This document shows positions 1 to 15,426 of a DNA stretch of 64,000 nt, one piece after another. A model generated the notes under the pieces. The model searched no databases, was not told where the DNA came from, and saw only the letters and a list, made by a program, of their open reading frames with translations. The stretch covers positions 12,090,001-12,154,000 of the forward strand of contig CP075494.1 in the NCBI GenBank assembly GCA_021613535.1, in the 5' to 3' direction. The DNA is from Adineta vaga. Taxonomy: Eukaryota; Animalia; Rotifera. Both the position numbers and the translations under genes were made by a program. The first letter of the stretch is position 1. Each line of letters starts with the position of its first letter.

Positions 1-13
1 TATTTCGCTTTAT

Positions 14-57
14 TTCTTCTTCTTCTTCTTCTCTCTCTCTCTTTCTTTCTTTCTTCA
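14..57. repeat. (TTC)n/(TC)n/(TTTC)n pyrimidine microsatellite
   Basis: Read directly. Similar tracts at 3133-3162, 4802-4820, 27590-27613 and 43028-43053. Confidence 0.8.
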
Positions 58-3000
58 TCGTTTTTTTCCTCTTTGTTTTGTATGTGTCTGCATTGTTCTA
101 TGAGATGAAATGATGATATGACAAAACAAGAAGATGATAATACTTGAACATCATAATGATGACATCCATAGAAAAGAAAGAATTTGACGTCTATGAATGA
201 AGATTTTTGAAATGTTATTTTCTTGTCAATATGACATGATCTTCGGAGAAACTCGATTTACATAATTATTAGATTTTTTTTTGCTCAATGATTAATGATG
301 ATGATAAATAGTATTCAAAGAAAGTAAGCGCGTCATTTACTAGTTTGTCATTCATGGAATTGAGTTGGAAAAATGACCGTAAATCGAATTGTTATTTTCT
401 TTGACATAGACAGTTTAATTGAAAGTTAAAAGAGAACTATTAACAGGAAATTTCATTGCTACTTGATTTCCGTTTTTATGATGGGAAGAATTTGACAGAA
501 CAGAAACATATTTGACTGATTTGGTTATATATTGTACCGGTTTTCGACTGTTACTTATCATTACTACATTCGTAAAATCTTTCGTAATCAACGTTTTATA
601 ATTGTAACGGTACGAAAAGAATAAAAATTTGTTATATGTGTCGCGATAGAATCATAAATATTCATTCGTACTTGAATACATGAGAGAACATTTTCAATGG
701 TTTGCAAAGTAGAATAGCAGTAACTATCTATCTTGGAACCATTGGTACAACAGGATTGTCTCACAAAGCCAAATGAGTCTTCAAGATTACCAAAGAATTA
801 ATCTACTGAAAATTAATATATCTTTATTTATTAGTGAAGAAAATCTAATTTCATTGTACACCAGTTAAATAGTTTATAGAATAGAGACTTATTGGTGGTG
901 AGATAGAAAAACGAGAAAATATTGACATCGCACTTGACTAAAACAGGCAGACAGGAATTTTTATCATTTATTTTATTCTTTATGTATGAATACACGCTTA
1001 CTAATCTAATTAATGAATGAAACAAATGTTAAAATTTCATAATCTACTGTCAATATTGTCAACAGTTCGTACGATATTAACCAAAATTTTGATCGAAATC
1101 GTGCAACAACATTCCCTCGTGTAATATCGAATGAGAACAGACGAATAGAGTTATAATTACTCTCCAAATCAATATATCTCTTTGCTAGAATGAAGACAAT
1201 AGAAATTGAAATATTATTTTACAAGAAAAATTATATTTTTTCTGTTCTATTAAACATTTATAGTGAATCTATTCAAAATAACTTTTCAGTTGTCTCTCTT
1301 ATTTATCCTTGAACCCGATATACTTGTAAAGCAAAAGAAATACGACTTTATAAACATACCACAAACGACGATATGTCAACTAACCAAATATACGTTATTC
1401 TTTTAATGATAGAAATTATTTGCGAAACAAATTCTTTCAATATTGCGTATGTTCTATAACCAAATGATCTTTTGATTGTCCACATGGGATTTTAGATAGT
1501 TTGACAGAGGAATAACTCATGTTATGTATGGAACAGTCTTTAAATGTACCAAAGCAAAGGAATCTGATAAATGAATGAGAAATCTTTAAAAAAGACGAAA
1601 GATTCGCCACCATTGTATGAATAAAAACCTTAGAGAAGAGTATGGAAGGGCAAGTCAATGTATCATTTACAAAAGAAGAAAAATAGTCGCATATAAACAG
1701 AATGATTACGACATTGATGAAGATAAATAATTAATGATCAAGATGGTTTCTCTATTTTCACAATTTCGACTTATAAAACATCGCTTGTAATTAATTTTGA
1801 TCTTCCGTTTGCTATCAAATGAAAATCCTGAGTAGCCTACTTGGTAATGATTCGAATGGAAAATGATCGTCATGTGCGTTATTCTTCTGGAATCAAAAGT
1901 CGAGATTGAGTAATATAATATCTGCAAGACGACTGTAGTCGTATCATATAGACACATACGTAATGCTAGCTTCTAGGACAGAAAGACTTAGTGTAGCTGA
2001 GACAGTAAGGTGTCGAAAAACTGTTTTTTCAAAGACTGTACAATCGTAGAGTAATGACAAGCAAAAGGCACATATTGATATCTAGAGATTCAATATCGAT
2101 CTTATCTATTCATTATATCTATTCATTCTGATATGAATAATTTGAATATGATCTTGAAAAGATGTGATGAAGTTTATAAAGATAACATCTTTATCAAGTA
2201 TTTCGAAGTATTCTCTTAGTTTCACATGAAATTATTGAACTGAATGCATAGCTTACTATATCGTTTATTTAGCAGTATATATATATTTGTTATTATATGT
2301 ACCATCGAGTATTTCCAGAAGGTTAACACGCACTTATTCCTTTCTCATGGTTAAACGAACAAAGATAGAACCTAGATCAGACAATCAGAAGGTAAAATCA
2401 TACATCTAATTCAGATAGATCTGGTGGATACCATCTATGAAATCATCATTTACATCATCTTGTATTTCACCTTTTTCGAACATTCTTATAGAATCTTCTT
2501 ATTCAAGGAGATATTATCATCAGATTAATATGTCTTTACAATGGAATATAAGGGACAAAGATTTTGTCAGCAATCTTCAAATGTGATATAATGCAAAGAA
2601 AACTGCATCTTATGATAAAGTTTAAGTTTCCGATAAAATAACAAATTGTAAATCTAATGGATCGTAACTGGTAAACGACTTATTATGACTGATCATGTTT
2701 TCTTGCCAAAAGATTGTCAACATTGATTAATATGTCGATTCAATCTCATCAGAATGTTGACGGTTGTTTACGATACAATAAATAACAGAAGAAATTTCAT
2801 TTTTGTTCATGTTTTCACGAAAGTAGATCAATAATACAATGCAATGACAATAGAACAAGAACTTTTGTTTATGAAACTAGAGATAGATCACAAGGAATGT
2901 CCAAGTTAGCATTATTTTGATACACATTGCTCTTTTCATTGTCTGACAATGGATCTTGATCTACTACTGTGTAGATGTTTGTTTGTGTAGAGTCAAAGAA

Positions 3001-4439
3001 GATGTCTTTCAGTAAATAGACAGTCACAATTAGTGAGATGATAATAAAAATGGAAAGCGTATGTATCGTAGGCGAGAGAGAACATGAGAAAATCCTATAG
3101 ACAGTCATCACCTGCAGAGAGTCTGTCATTCCTTTTTTCTTCTTCTTCTTCTTCTTCTTTCTCTGTTGAGTTATTGATCATCGAGAGATTAACGCGTCAA
3201 TAAGCGAACATTTTCATCAATACTATCTTATCCTTTAACACGTATATATCAGACCGAAGTAAGTGTAAGTAAAAACAAAATAGTCCAATCGTTATTGTCG
3301 ATCGATTGATGGCATTTTTAATGTAGTCGTACAGGAAAAAAAACAAGTCGTATTGATGATGACTTCCATTTTTTTTCTCGTATGTTTTCGAAGTAATATT
3401 AGTTTTATAAGTTGTCCAGTAAATAGAGAGAAGAAAAAACAAACAGATAAAATAACGAAAGAAAAAGAAAAAACTATGAAATGAGCAGAAAAAAAAAGAA
3501 GAAAGAACAACACTAAGTAGATAAGATTTAATATGTTTGTGATATTTGTAATGTGCACCTGTTCAACAATTTCAACTAGACTATATCTTTAATTTCACAT
3601 CATCACCATAACATTCATTTATCGATAGATAGAGAAAGAAAAAGAGGATGAGGTGATGAATCCACCAATTCTGACATCGATTCTTTTTCTGCGGTGTGTA
3701 CGTATGTTAGAATCAACTTGGTAATCATGCACTTTTCTTTTTTCTTGTGTACAAATACTAGCAAAACTACTACTGTAGATTTATTACGAGAAGGAAAATG
3801 ATAGATGCGGAGGATAAATCAGTAGAGACAATCTATAGCAAAGCAATACAATATTCTCCATTTTTTTTTCTCTTCTGTATTGCTTCATCTGTTGATCTAT
3901 ATATACGTATGTGCAAAAGAAAAGGAATTTCTCTCCATCAATTGCGACTGCTGGCATTTTATCAGCTTATATTATTGTTGATGTTGTTGTTGTCGTTGTT
4001 TGAGCCATTCGGGTATATAGCTCCTTTTTTTTCTCTTCCGATTTCTTCTGTTGACTGGCCGGCATTACTGCTGTGTTCCCACTAACGGTTATGACTGATC
4101 ATAAGCAGAAGAGAGAAAAAGAGGAAAGAAATTCTAGTTTGCTCTACCAATATCATATAGGAGAAATATATGTCGACTCATTAGGGATAGCTTTCCTTTT
4201 TCTTATTCTTCTAGTAGTATCTGTACAAGAGAGAGGGAGAAAAAAAAACTGATTTCTTTTCCTTGAGGTTTGTCCTCTTCTTGCGACATAAACTACCACC
4301 CACGCTGAAGATATTTCCGTATTCGGGGTACACAGCTTCTTGTATACATGCACACATACGTATATACGTTCGCATAACGCGCACGTCTATATACTCTTTT
4401 GTTGTTTTCTCATCATCTTAAGCTAGCGGAGCTCTTGCT

Positions 4440-4523
4440 CAGCAGCAAAAAATAGACCCTCGAAATAAACAACGACAACAGCAGCAGCAGCAGCAGCAAC
4501 AGTACAGAATCAGTCCTTGAGTT
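4440..4523 (+). other. Probable non-coding first exon of filamin (5' boundary approximate)
   Basis: GTGAGT donor at 4524, TATA-like CTATATA near 4387, and a pyrimidine-rich acceptor at 5960-5961 upstream of the filamin ATG. Confidence 0.4.
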
Positions 4524-6053
4524 GTGAGTATAAACAATTAAATATCGTAAAATTTTCTCTAAAATCAACATAAAGATCACAAATTACACTTCAATGTTTG
4601 TTACACTAACACTTCAGATTAGAAGAAAGAGAAGAGAAAAAAGACAATATATGATGACCTCATAATATACCGACAAAAAAACTAGTTATATATATATGTC
4701 AAGTATTTTTTTTGCGTGTACATTGATTATATTAATTATCGAATAAGAAATGTTTGCATTTTAAAATCGATATTATTTTATTTCTTCTTTTTTCTTCTTC
4801 ACTCTCTCTCTCTCTCTCTCTTACTCGCATTCGACATACAAAAGATTAGTGATGCCACTCATCGAATGCTCAGCACAATACTATGTCTTGAGTAAAGAAA
4901 AAGAAGAGAAGAGAAGAGAAGATCATCATCGATATGCTATCGTATGATGAAATGTCGCTCATTACATCTCTACCATCGAACTCTCACACTTGTGTAAATG
5001 TTCGCATAGTGAATGAGTAGGAAAAGAACGGTTCGAATAAATAAACGTTTTAGTTAAGTCATTCATTCATCTGACAATAAGATAATAATAATGAGGAATA
5101 AATATACTTCTCATCGTTCACAAATCTATACCATTTTCTTCTTCTCTCACCTCCATACGAATGAAACAAAAGGAGATGAATAAGTGAGTGAATACGTAAT
5201 AAAAAAGAAAATATAAGCAATTGATTGAGATTTTGATTTCTTTTATTGAAATGAAACCTTAGGAATTTTGTTATGCGGATGATTTGACAGTTCTTTGTAG
5301 TGGATAGAAAAAATATATACAGGCCATTTTGAGATGTAAGATGTAGTAGAATAATGGCAAAAATAACCATATTTTCCTCTTCTTTTATAGACCAGTTGAC
5401 ATTCATTCATCAGTATGTCTATCTGTTGTGGTTTAGTCTTTTCTTTCTTCGCCTTTTGCTTCTTCTTTCTTACTAATATCTTATATATCTGTTCGTTCTC
5501 TTTAAAGACAAGATGTCGCTTATTAAAGAACTGTTGATTTCATTGATCATTTTTACTCTTCGAAAAGATAACTTTATACAATTCATTAAGACATATATAA
5601 AATCGTCTATTTCCTCGTTCTTCTATTCATTCGATAACACACGGCCTTCAAATGAAAACTGCCGTGGCATTTTACATCTTTCGAATCTACACACGTTTCT
5701 CTCTTTTTTTTGTCTATGTTTCAAGTCAATCTCCTTTTGTTGTTATTTTTTTTTATCAAAATATTTCATCGCGTGCACATACACCACACATCTTACACAG
5801 GTGCCTCTCTTCTCTTTCATGTATATATTGACTGCTTCTTTAATAGCGGTTGGCGTTAGAGATTTATTCTGTTCTTTCTCATATATGAATACACATACAC
5901 ACATCATACTAATACAAACGATTTTTGAAAATTTTTTTTCTCCTATTCTTTCATTCACTAGGTGAATCACATTTACGATTATAACCACGAAAATTACCAC
6001 AGGTCGTTGTTGAAGAACAAGAAGAAAAGAGAAAAAGAAAGAGAGTGTCAACC

Positions 6054-9000
6054 ATGTACAATCAGTCGGCAAACGGCTATTCAGGTGGAGGCGGAGGAGG
6101 CGGACCTGGCTACCCCGAAAATCCTCAATATAACGACGAAGGTGAACCATTTGAAGACGACGAATTTGGACGTACCGAGGAAGGTAAATAAAACAAGATT
6201 TGTAATTTCATTTTGTTCTATTATGTTCTGTTCTGTTCTTATCTTAACTCTTCAAATTTTATGTATAGAATTTGCTGAAGATATGCAACGTGAATTAGCT
6301 GATGATGCACCATGGAAGAGAATTCAACAGAATACATTTACACGTTGGGCTAATGAGCATTTAAAACTCGTTAATCGTCATGTTGATGATTTACAAAATG
6401 AATTAGGCGATGGATTAAGTTTAATCGCTTTGATCGAAGTTTTATCACAAAAGAAAGTACCAAGATATAATAAACGAGTCAATTTTCGTTCACAAAAACT
6501 TGAGAATGTCTCAGTTGTGCTCGATTTTCTTGAAAATACCGAACGTATACGTCTTGTCAATATTGGTAAGTCACTGAAAAAAACAAGAAAAAAATAATAT
6601 TTATTTCAATTTTTGTCAAGTAGAATAGTACTTGAGATGAGTGTGTGAAAATTTACTATATCAGTTTTATTATTTATTCATGAAAAAAAAAGAAGAAATT
6701 CTTATGATTCTATAGCATTAATCGAAAAATAAGAGCGGGAGAGAGATATCGTCTTAGAAGGTAATCTTTAGGAAGGAGAAAACGAAAGTGGTTGAAATTT
6801 CATCGTCAAGATGGGAAGTTAAAAATGATTTTTGTTTATAATCTTTTGATAAGGAATTTTGCGGTTGAAATAATAAGATTAAATTAGCTGGTAGACTTTT
6901 TGATTTGTCTATTACAAAATATGTTAGGACACATGTTTGTTCGTATTGAAATTGAAAATGAAAATGTCCAGTTGGAATGAGAATGCAATAGAAGATAGTG
7001 TTGATCATTTGCATCGCATTTTACAGTTACCTCCTGGTGACACATTTCATAATCAGATCATTTACCAAACATAAAAAGATATTTATCTTCTCATCCTTAA
7101 AACAAAAGAAAACAGTTAGACTCGATCTTCCCATTCTGTTATCAATTAATACCGAATATCAATGAAGAAAAGAAAAACAAACGAAAGATTGATTGTAATT
7201 GTTTATTAAGATGCAACACATATTGTCGATGGAAAATTGAAACTTATTCTTGGCTTAATATGGACACTTATTTTACATTATTCAATTTCTTTACCTATGT
7301 GGGAATTTGAAACACCTGATGCACCTGGTTCAGGACGAGATGCAACACCGAAACAAAAACTAATGAATTGGATTCAAGAAAAATTACCACCAGAATTACC
7401 TATTTCAAATTTTACATCCGATTGGAATGATGGTCGTGCTATCGGAGCACTTGTTGATGCATGTGCACCAGGTATATATCTATTCGATCATTTCGTTATG
7501 GTCTTTTCGTTTTTAATTAATAGGACTCTATCCTGATTGGAATAAACGTGATCCACGTAATGCATTAGAAAATGCCAAAGAAGCAATGGACTTAGCTGAA
7601 CGTTGGTTAGGTATCCCACAATTGATTCAACCTCATGAGATGGTTAATCCAAAAGTTGATGAACAATCAATGATGACATACTTATCACAATATCCAAGTG
7701 CAAAATTGAAATCAGGAGCACCAATTCAACCAAAAACAAATTCAGCACGTGTTCGATGTTATGGCAAAGGTATCGAACCAAGTGGTAATCAAGTTGGTGC
7801 ACCAGCTAAATTTCATGTCGAAACATTTCAAGCAGGTCAAGGTAATGTCGAACCTATTGTTATCAATCCCAAAGGTCAACGAGAAAAAGTATGACAATTT
7901 TCTATATTGATATTTATGAAATCAAATCTATTGCTTATTGAATTTCTAGTGTGATGTGGAATTTCGTAATGATAAAAATCAAACTTATGATTGTACTTAT
8001 TATCCATCAATGGAAGGACAATATAAAGTATGTAAAGACAGATAAGACGAAAGAATTTCGTTTTTTTTTAATAGGTTATTGTTAAATATGGCGGACAAGA
8101 AGTACCGAGATCACCATTTTCACCATTTATTGAAGGAAAAGCTGGCGATGCAAATCAATGTCATGCACATGGACCAGGTCTTGAACCTAATGGAGTTATG
8201 GTTGATAAACCGACATGGTTTGAAATAGATGCTACAAGTTTGTACTATTAATTCTGAATTTATTTCAATAATAATCTCTTTCGAAAAATCAATAGATGCA
8301 GGTAATGGTCTTGCTGAAGTTGTTCTTGTTGATCCACGTGGTCGACAAGATGTTGTACCTGTATCTGTTAAACAAATTGGTCCAGGAAAATTTCGTTGTG
8401 AATATGTTCCACGTGAACCTGGTCTTCATTCAGTTAACATTTTCTTTGCTGGTCGTCCTATACCAAATAGTCCCTATGGGGTTAATGTTGCATCATGTAT
8501 GTATCAACATAAATATTTCTTATATAATCCGAATATTTTTCAACATGTGAGGAACATTAATGTATAGTGAGATACTGTCAACATCAACAAGATTTGCTCT
8601 ATATCATGAAGAATGAATTATGAATAGGGTTTGTTAGTAGGAGTATATTAGGAATGTTTTACTGAAAAAAAGTAATCGAATTGTTGATGGGATAGTAATA
8701 GGAGATGATTTGGAGAAGGATTATATTAAATGAATGATTCGTGTTTCTTCTAGCATCTGATGCAAAGAAATGTCGTGCCTATGGACGAGGTATTCAACCG
8801 CGAGGAGTTCGTACAGGTGATGTAGCCGAATTTCGTGTTATTACAAAAGATGCTGGCGAAGGTGCTATGAAAGCAACTGTTACTGGACCAGGTAGAATTC
8901 TTCTTTTTTGTCTTCTATTTTTTTTTCTATATTGTATATACTAGATGGTTCGGAAATACCTTGTCGTGTAACAAAGACCAATAGTACCACCTATGAATGT

Positions 9001-12000
9001 GGTTATGTACCAAATCGTGTTGGACCTCATACAGTCAATATTACTTATGGTGGCGCACATATCCCACGCAGTCCATTTCCTGTTATGGTTGGACCATATA
9101 AAGATTCACGTATTCGTGCATTTGGACCAGGTCTCGAAGGTGGTGTTGTTGGTTATCCAGCTGATTTCGTAGTCGAAACAAATGGAGAAACTGGTTCATT
9201 GGGTATGTATATTCATTCTCATACTTAATTTCTATTAATTTGATCATTTTCATAACTTATATTCAATAGGAGATATTAGTAAGTACTGAATACTCAATGT
9301 TTATATATCTATATTCCCGTCTTTTTTGAAAAGCATGACATTTTGTTTGATGTGATATATTTCTGTAATAACAAGAAACAAAACTATTTGTATTATTTTT
9401 TTCTTTTCAGGTTTCTCAATTGAAGGACCATCACAAGCACGTATTGAATGTAATGATAATGGTGATGGATCAGCTAATGTACGTTACTGGCCAACAATAC
9501 CGGGTGAATATGCAGTTCATATTCTTTGCAATGATGAAGACATCCCACTTTCACCATTTATGGCTTGGATTGAAGGACCAGGAAATTTCGATCCAACTAA
9601 GGTAGATATATTTTCCATTGTTCAATTTTCAAATTATATTTTGTTCGATTTTAGGTTAGAGCTTATGGTCCAGGCATCGAACCATCAGGACAACTTATTA
9701 ATAAGCCAACAGAATTTACTATTGACACTCAAAATGCAGGTGAAGCACCATTACGTGTGCAAGCTATTGATCAAGAATATCAACCAGTCGATGTTCAAGT
9801 TCGTAATAATGGAAATGGAACATACACTTGCCGATATACACCACGTAGTCCATTACGTCATTGCATTTTAGTGGATTATGGTGGTGTTGCTATACCAAAT
9901 AGTCCATTTCGAGTAAGCGTTTTGTTTTATTGTTGTAAAAATAGAAATAATAAAAATTCGAATATTTAGGTTTGGCCAACTGAACCATCGAATCCTTCGA
10001 AAGTTCGTGTATATGGTCCAGGTGTCGAACGTGGTGTTAAAATGCATACTCCAACGTATTTTATTGTCGATTGCAAAGAAGCTGGACCAGGTACAATAAA
10101 TAGATGGCACATTGAAAATATTCTCAATACCTTTTCATATTTTAGGCGATATATCTATTGCATTAACTGATACTAAAAATCAAGATGTACCCTTTACAAT
10201 TGATGATAATCAAGATGGAACATTTCGTATCGCATATACACCAAAATTACCAGGTGTTCATTGTATCAGTGTTTTATTTGGTGACAACGAAATTCCTGCA
10301 TCACCAATTAAAGTTAATGTTGAACCAAATATTGATGTCAGTAGAATACGCGTCGAAGGTCTTGAAACAAGTAAGTAGTTCTTCTTCCAAGTTTCTCTAG
10401 ATGTAGAATATAAAGAGAGCAAAAATATCAGTTTCATTACTATTTGTTCAATGTTTGTGTGCGCATTGATACCTCGAATCCTTATTGTTATTCTTTCTCT
10501 TTCTACACGCACTCTATCTCTCATCCATCCTAGTGCCTATTGTTGGACAGCCTGCCCAGGTAACATTGAATACACTAGCAGCCGGTCCATTACCGCCAAA
10601 TGCGGTTCATGCACGTATTACTGGACCATCGGGAAATACGCAGGAAGCAGTTGTCACACCCGCACCACAAGGATATAATCTTCGTTTTAATGTACCCGAA
10701 CCAGGGACATATGTCATTGAACCAGATGTATGTACATTACCTTTACGTCCTGTACAAGTAACAGCGATAGAACCACTTGATCCAAGTAAAGTTCGTGCCT
10801 ATGGACCAGGTCTTTCTCAAGGTACAGTTAATAAGCCAGCTGATTTTATTGTTGATACTCGTGGAGCTGGCAATGGACAATTGGGTGTCACAGTAGAAGG
10901 ACCATCAGAATCAAAAATTGATTATCAAGATAATAATGATGGTAGTTGTCGGGTGACTTATCATCCAACAGGTAGTGTCCTTTTTTTTGTTCACATCGTT
11001 TCGTAACTTATAAAAAAAATTAATTGTCTACAGTCGCTGGCAACTACAATATTAATATACTCTATGAAGGCAAACATATCCCAGGATCACCATTTCGTGC
11101 TGCTGTACGAGCCGATCTTGATGTACGAGCTATTCGCTGTTATGGACCAGGTCTCGATCCCCAGGGTGTGTACTACATGGATTCAACGGCAATATATCTA
11201 TATCTATATATATATACTCATTCATATCTAATCAATCGCATCGCATGCGCTATTATCTTTCCAATATCTCATCTCGCCTGCATGATCTACTGCTTTTTTT
11301 TCTTCGTGAAGTGTTCAAGTTTTTCTACTAAAATATATGATGATTACATTCATATCTTTAGTATGAATTTTTGTCTTCAAACAGATATATACAGACATAT
11401 CTGGTAGTGAATTGTGGTTTTTTCTATAATCAAAACGCATGTTGTTTCCATCTGATTGTAAGAATACATGAAATTGCATATTTTCATTCTTTGTTTTTAG
11501 GAGTATTTCTTGAAAGTCCAACAGAATTTACTGTCGATGCTAAATCAGTTACTGGTAGTGGTTCAGGACGTGTCGAATGTTTACTAACAGCACCAAGTGG
11601 TCGAGTCGTTCGATGTCCTGTAAGAAATATGGGCGATGGTACTTATCAAGTTCAATATGCACCCTACGAACAAGGTAATTTTTTCTTATTTAATCTGTAC
11701 TCGAATATGTTTTTCGTTGTGTTTTTAAAGGTCCACATCAACTCGAAGTTACTTATGAAAATATTCCTGTGCCGGGCAGTACATTTCGTATTAATGCCGT
11801 TCCAGGATGTGATCCATTACGTGTACGTGCTTATGGACCAGGTCTTGAACATGCAACAACAAATGAACCAGCAATATTTACTGTGGAAACTAAAGGCGCT
11901 GGTCAAGGCAGTCTTGGATTAGCAATTGAAGGACCATCCGAAGCGAAAATGGTTTGTAAAGATAATCAAGATGGTACTTGTATCATGGAATATTTACCAG

Positions 12001-15000
12001 TAAGATAAATAAAAGAAACTTCACATCTTTGATTCTCATGTAAAATGTTTCATTTTCCTTTAGACGAAAGCTGGTGTATATGATATAGCAATTAAATTTG
12101 CTGAACAACATATCCCAGGTAATAAGTTATTCTGCTATTTACACTAAAAGTATTTTAGTACCTCTATTGAATTAGCAACTACTGAATAGATTGAATTTTC
12201 TGATTTCTATTAAGTAGTTCTTTCCTCGATTTTTGAAGACTTGATAATTTTCATTGAATATGCTTGTGTGCATTCATATATGTGTATATATATATATATA
12301 ACAAAATTTAATCAGATATACAAGTGGATTGTAAATCATTTGAAATTGAAGTATATGCAATTTCAAGATTGTCCTTCATCATCTATTGAATTCTTTTGTT
12401 TCATTAGAGCAGAATTTATTTTATACTCTTGAAAGAACAAGATATGGCCTTTCTGTCTAATAAAATGAGCAATGACGGGAAAAGGTCATAACAAATATCT
12501 GTCAATAATTAGTTTTGTATTAAGTGCATCCGTATGATTAACTCGATTGATTTTGTTCTACAGGAGTAAATTGATTACTTTGGAAATTGAAAATTTTGGA
12601 AATAATATAAAATATGTTTTGATTCAATGTTTTTCTTTCAGGTTCACCTTATCGAGTTCATGTTCGTGATCGACTTGATGCCAATCGTGTCGATGTTAAA
12701 ATGAGTCAAACAATGCGTGCTAATGTTCTTCAAGAAATTTTAATTGATGGTCAATTAGCTGGTGCTGGTGTTCCATCAGTTGACGTATCCGATATTCATG
12801 GTATGTTCGTTTGTTTTGATGATTTATTTTTACAAAAGAAAAAACAGTGTGTAATCACATTGAATAGATCCACTGATCGAGAATAAATTCCATACCACCT
12901 TTATTTCTTTCTTTCGTACGAGCAAAATAGAAAAACAACATTAATTCAAGGGTAATGATCGAATTAAAAAGAGGATATATATAAAGTGGGTAATAAACAA
13001 CTAAACAAAATACAGACAAAATGTTCTGTTGAATCGAACTTGCATTGGATTGATCTTTTTTTCTCTTTCTTTTGTCTCTATACTGTTCAATAAACAATTC
13101 ATTTGAAAGAATATTTCTTTTATTTAGGTCGTCGTAAACCGGCAAATATTCGACCAAGAGGTGAAGGCATCTACGTTGCAGAATTTACTCCACAAATTGA
13201 AGGTCCACATCGTATTGATATTAATTGGAGTGATCAACCAATACTTCAAAGGTAGTTCAATATACATTCGATATAAATTTGATATAAATCTGCATATATT
13301 TTATACAGTCCATTTCACGTTCAAGTTCTTCCTCATTTTGAGCCGCATAAAGTTATTGTCGACGGACCGGGTATTCATAGTGGTATACCTGCATCATTGG
13401 AAACATACTTCCGTATTGACACACGTGAAGCTGGTTTTGAACATCCAGACGTTTTAATTAAAGTAAGAAATTATATTCATCCCTTAAAGAAAACACGTTG
13501 AGCCGATAATTGATCTATAATATTTTATTGAATAAAAAGACCACGCCTTTTCTAACAGTTATGATTATTGTGTCTTAAAATTATATGTATCCATTTTTTT
13601 CTCTTTCATTTAGAACCCTGAAGGTCTTCTTGTACCCTCGAAAATTGTTGATAATAAAGACGGAACATATCGAGTCACCTATAAACCAAATGATGTTGGT
13701 CGGTATTTAATTAATGTTAATTATGGTGGTGTTCCAATCAATAATTCTCCATTCAACGTAAAAGTGGAACCAATCGGCGATGCATCGAAATGCCATATTT
13801 CTGGTAAGAAAAGAAAATAGAATTTTGTTTTCGACAGAACTCTCATTATTCAATGAATATGCGTTTAGGCAATGGCACTAATCCGAATCTTCACGTTGGT
13901 GAAGAATATACGATCTCTGTCGATACACATGAAGCAGGTCCTGGTGCAGTAACATGTCGTATACGTTCAACACTTGGCAATGATCTTGATATTGATATTG
14001 TTGATAATGAAGATGGAACATTCAATCTCTTTTATACACCACACAATCCAGGCAATTATGTTATTAAAATTAAATTTGGTGGTCAAGATATTCCTGGCGG
14101 AGATTTTGTTGTCACAGTAAGTTTCATCATCAAAAAAGATTAGATTTTCTTTCTATTACTAACAATTCTACTCTTTCAAATCAAATTCAAACTACTAACA
14201 CCATTTAGCCTTTTCCATTGATGGTAGGCATGATGTAAATCGAAAAAATTTCCACGATTGCTATTCTGTTTGCAACAGAGAAAATGAAATGAAAAAAAAA
14301 TATATAAAAAGCTCGATTATACAGCTTTCCTTCTTCTTCTCATAGGGTGCCACGGAAGTCTGGGTATGATCAATATTCTCTCTGTCTCTCTTTCTCTTTT
14401 TCTCTCTTTTTGTCACCTATTTAAAATAAATCACTTTCTTCTTCTTCTCGAAAAATTATCAAGCCAAGTGTCACAATTCATGCTCATTTCTGGACATTCT
14501 TTCGAAATATATAGGATTTAATTCTCTACTTCTTCTTCTTCTTATGTCACTTATTATCGAAAGAAAAATATGGCTACAATCTCTTCACTAGTCTATTCTT
14601 CCATGGTAGTATGCTTCTTCTTCTTGCTCTCTTGCTACAAATTTTGCTTTCGATTTCTTTGACATTCAAATGATCTACTTCTTTTTTTCTAAAGGCTGGT
14701 GATGGCGATAAATATTATCGAGATACACAAATTACTGAAACAGTTACTTCACGTCATACAGCAAGTCAATATCGACCTGTGGATTTTCGTTTACCAGTTG
14801 GAGGTGGCCATTTTGGAGATATTAGTGGTATGTATCGACATTTTTCAACATGAAATCTAATCTGTAAACATAACGATGTGATAAAGTGTTATACTTTCAA
14901 ATAATTAAATAGGAATTTATCAGATATGAAAGAGAAAAAAAACACATCAATTATCTAGTTGTCGTTTCAATCATTTATATTATTCGTTCGATGCAAAAGG

Positions 15001-15390
15001 AAGATCATTGAATCGTTATTTTCAACTGTCAATCTAAAATGTATTACATTAGTTGAAACAACGAGATGAGATATCGTAATTTGAGTCATATTTACAACGA
15101 TTAGGATATCATTTGAATGGAATCAATTTTACATGTCAGACATTTCGATCTAGTTAATTCTTTACAAATAGTGCACATCAAGTCTAAGTAGTTATATCGA
15201 ACAATAAACGTCAGAACATTCTCTTTCTTGTCATTGAATCCATTTGAGTAAACTTGTTATGATAAATCGTCATAAAAAAGAACTTTTCGCTCTTTCTTTC
15301 TTTCTTTATTCGTTCCCTTTTTTTATACCTATACCATTTTACCTTATATGTGTATATTGATAAGAATGAATGAAAAGCATTTGTATACGA

Positions 15391-15426
<36 letters not shown>

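Noticed and set aside
60-4400. Short ORFs and possible transposon remnants upstream of filamin
   Set aside because: ORFs are F/I/L/K-rich products of AT-rich DNA. I found no consistent exon chain, terminal repeats or transposase motifs by eye.
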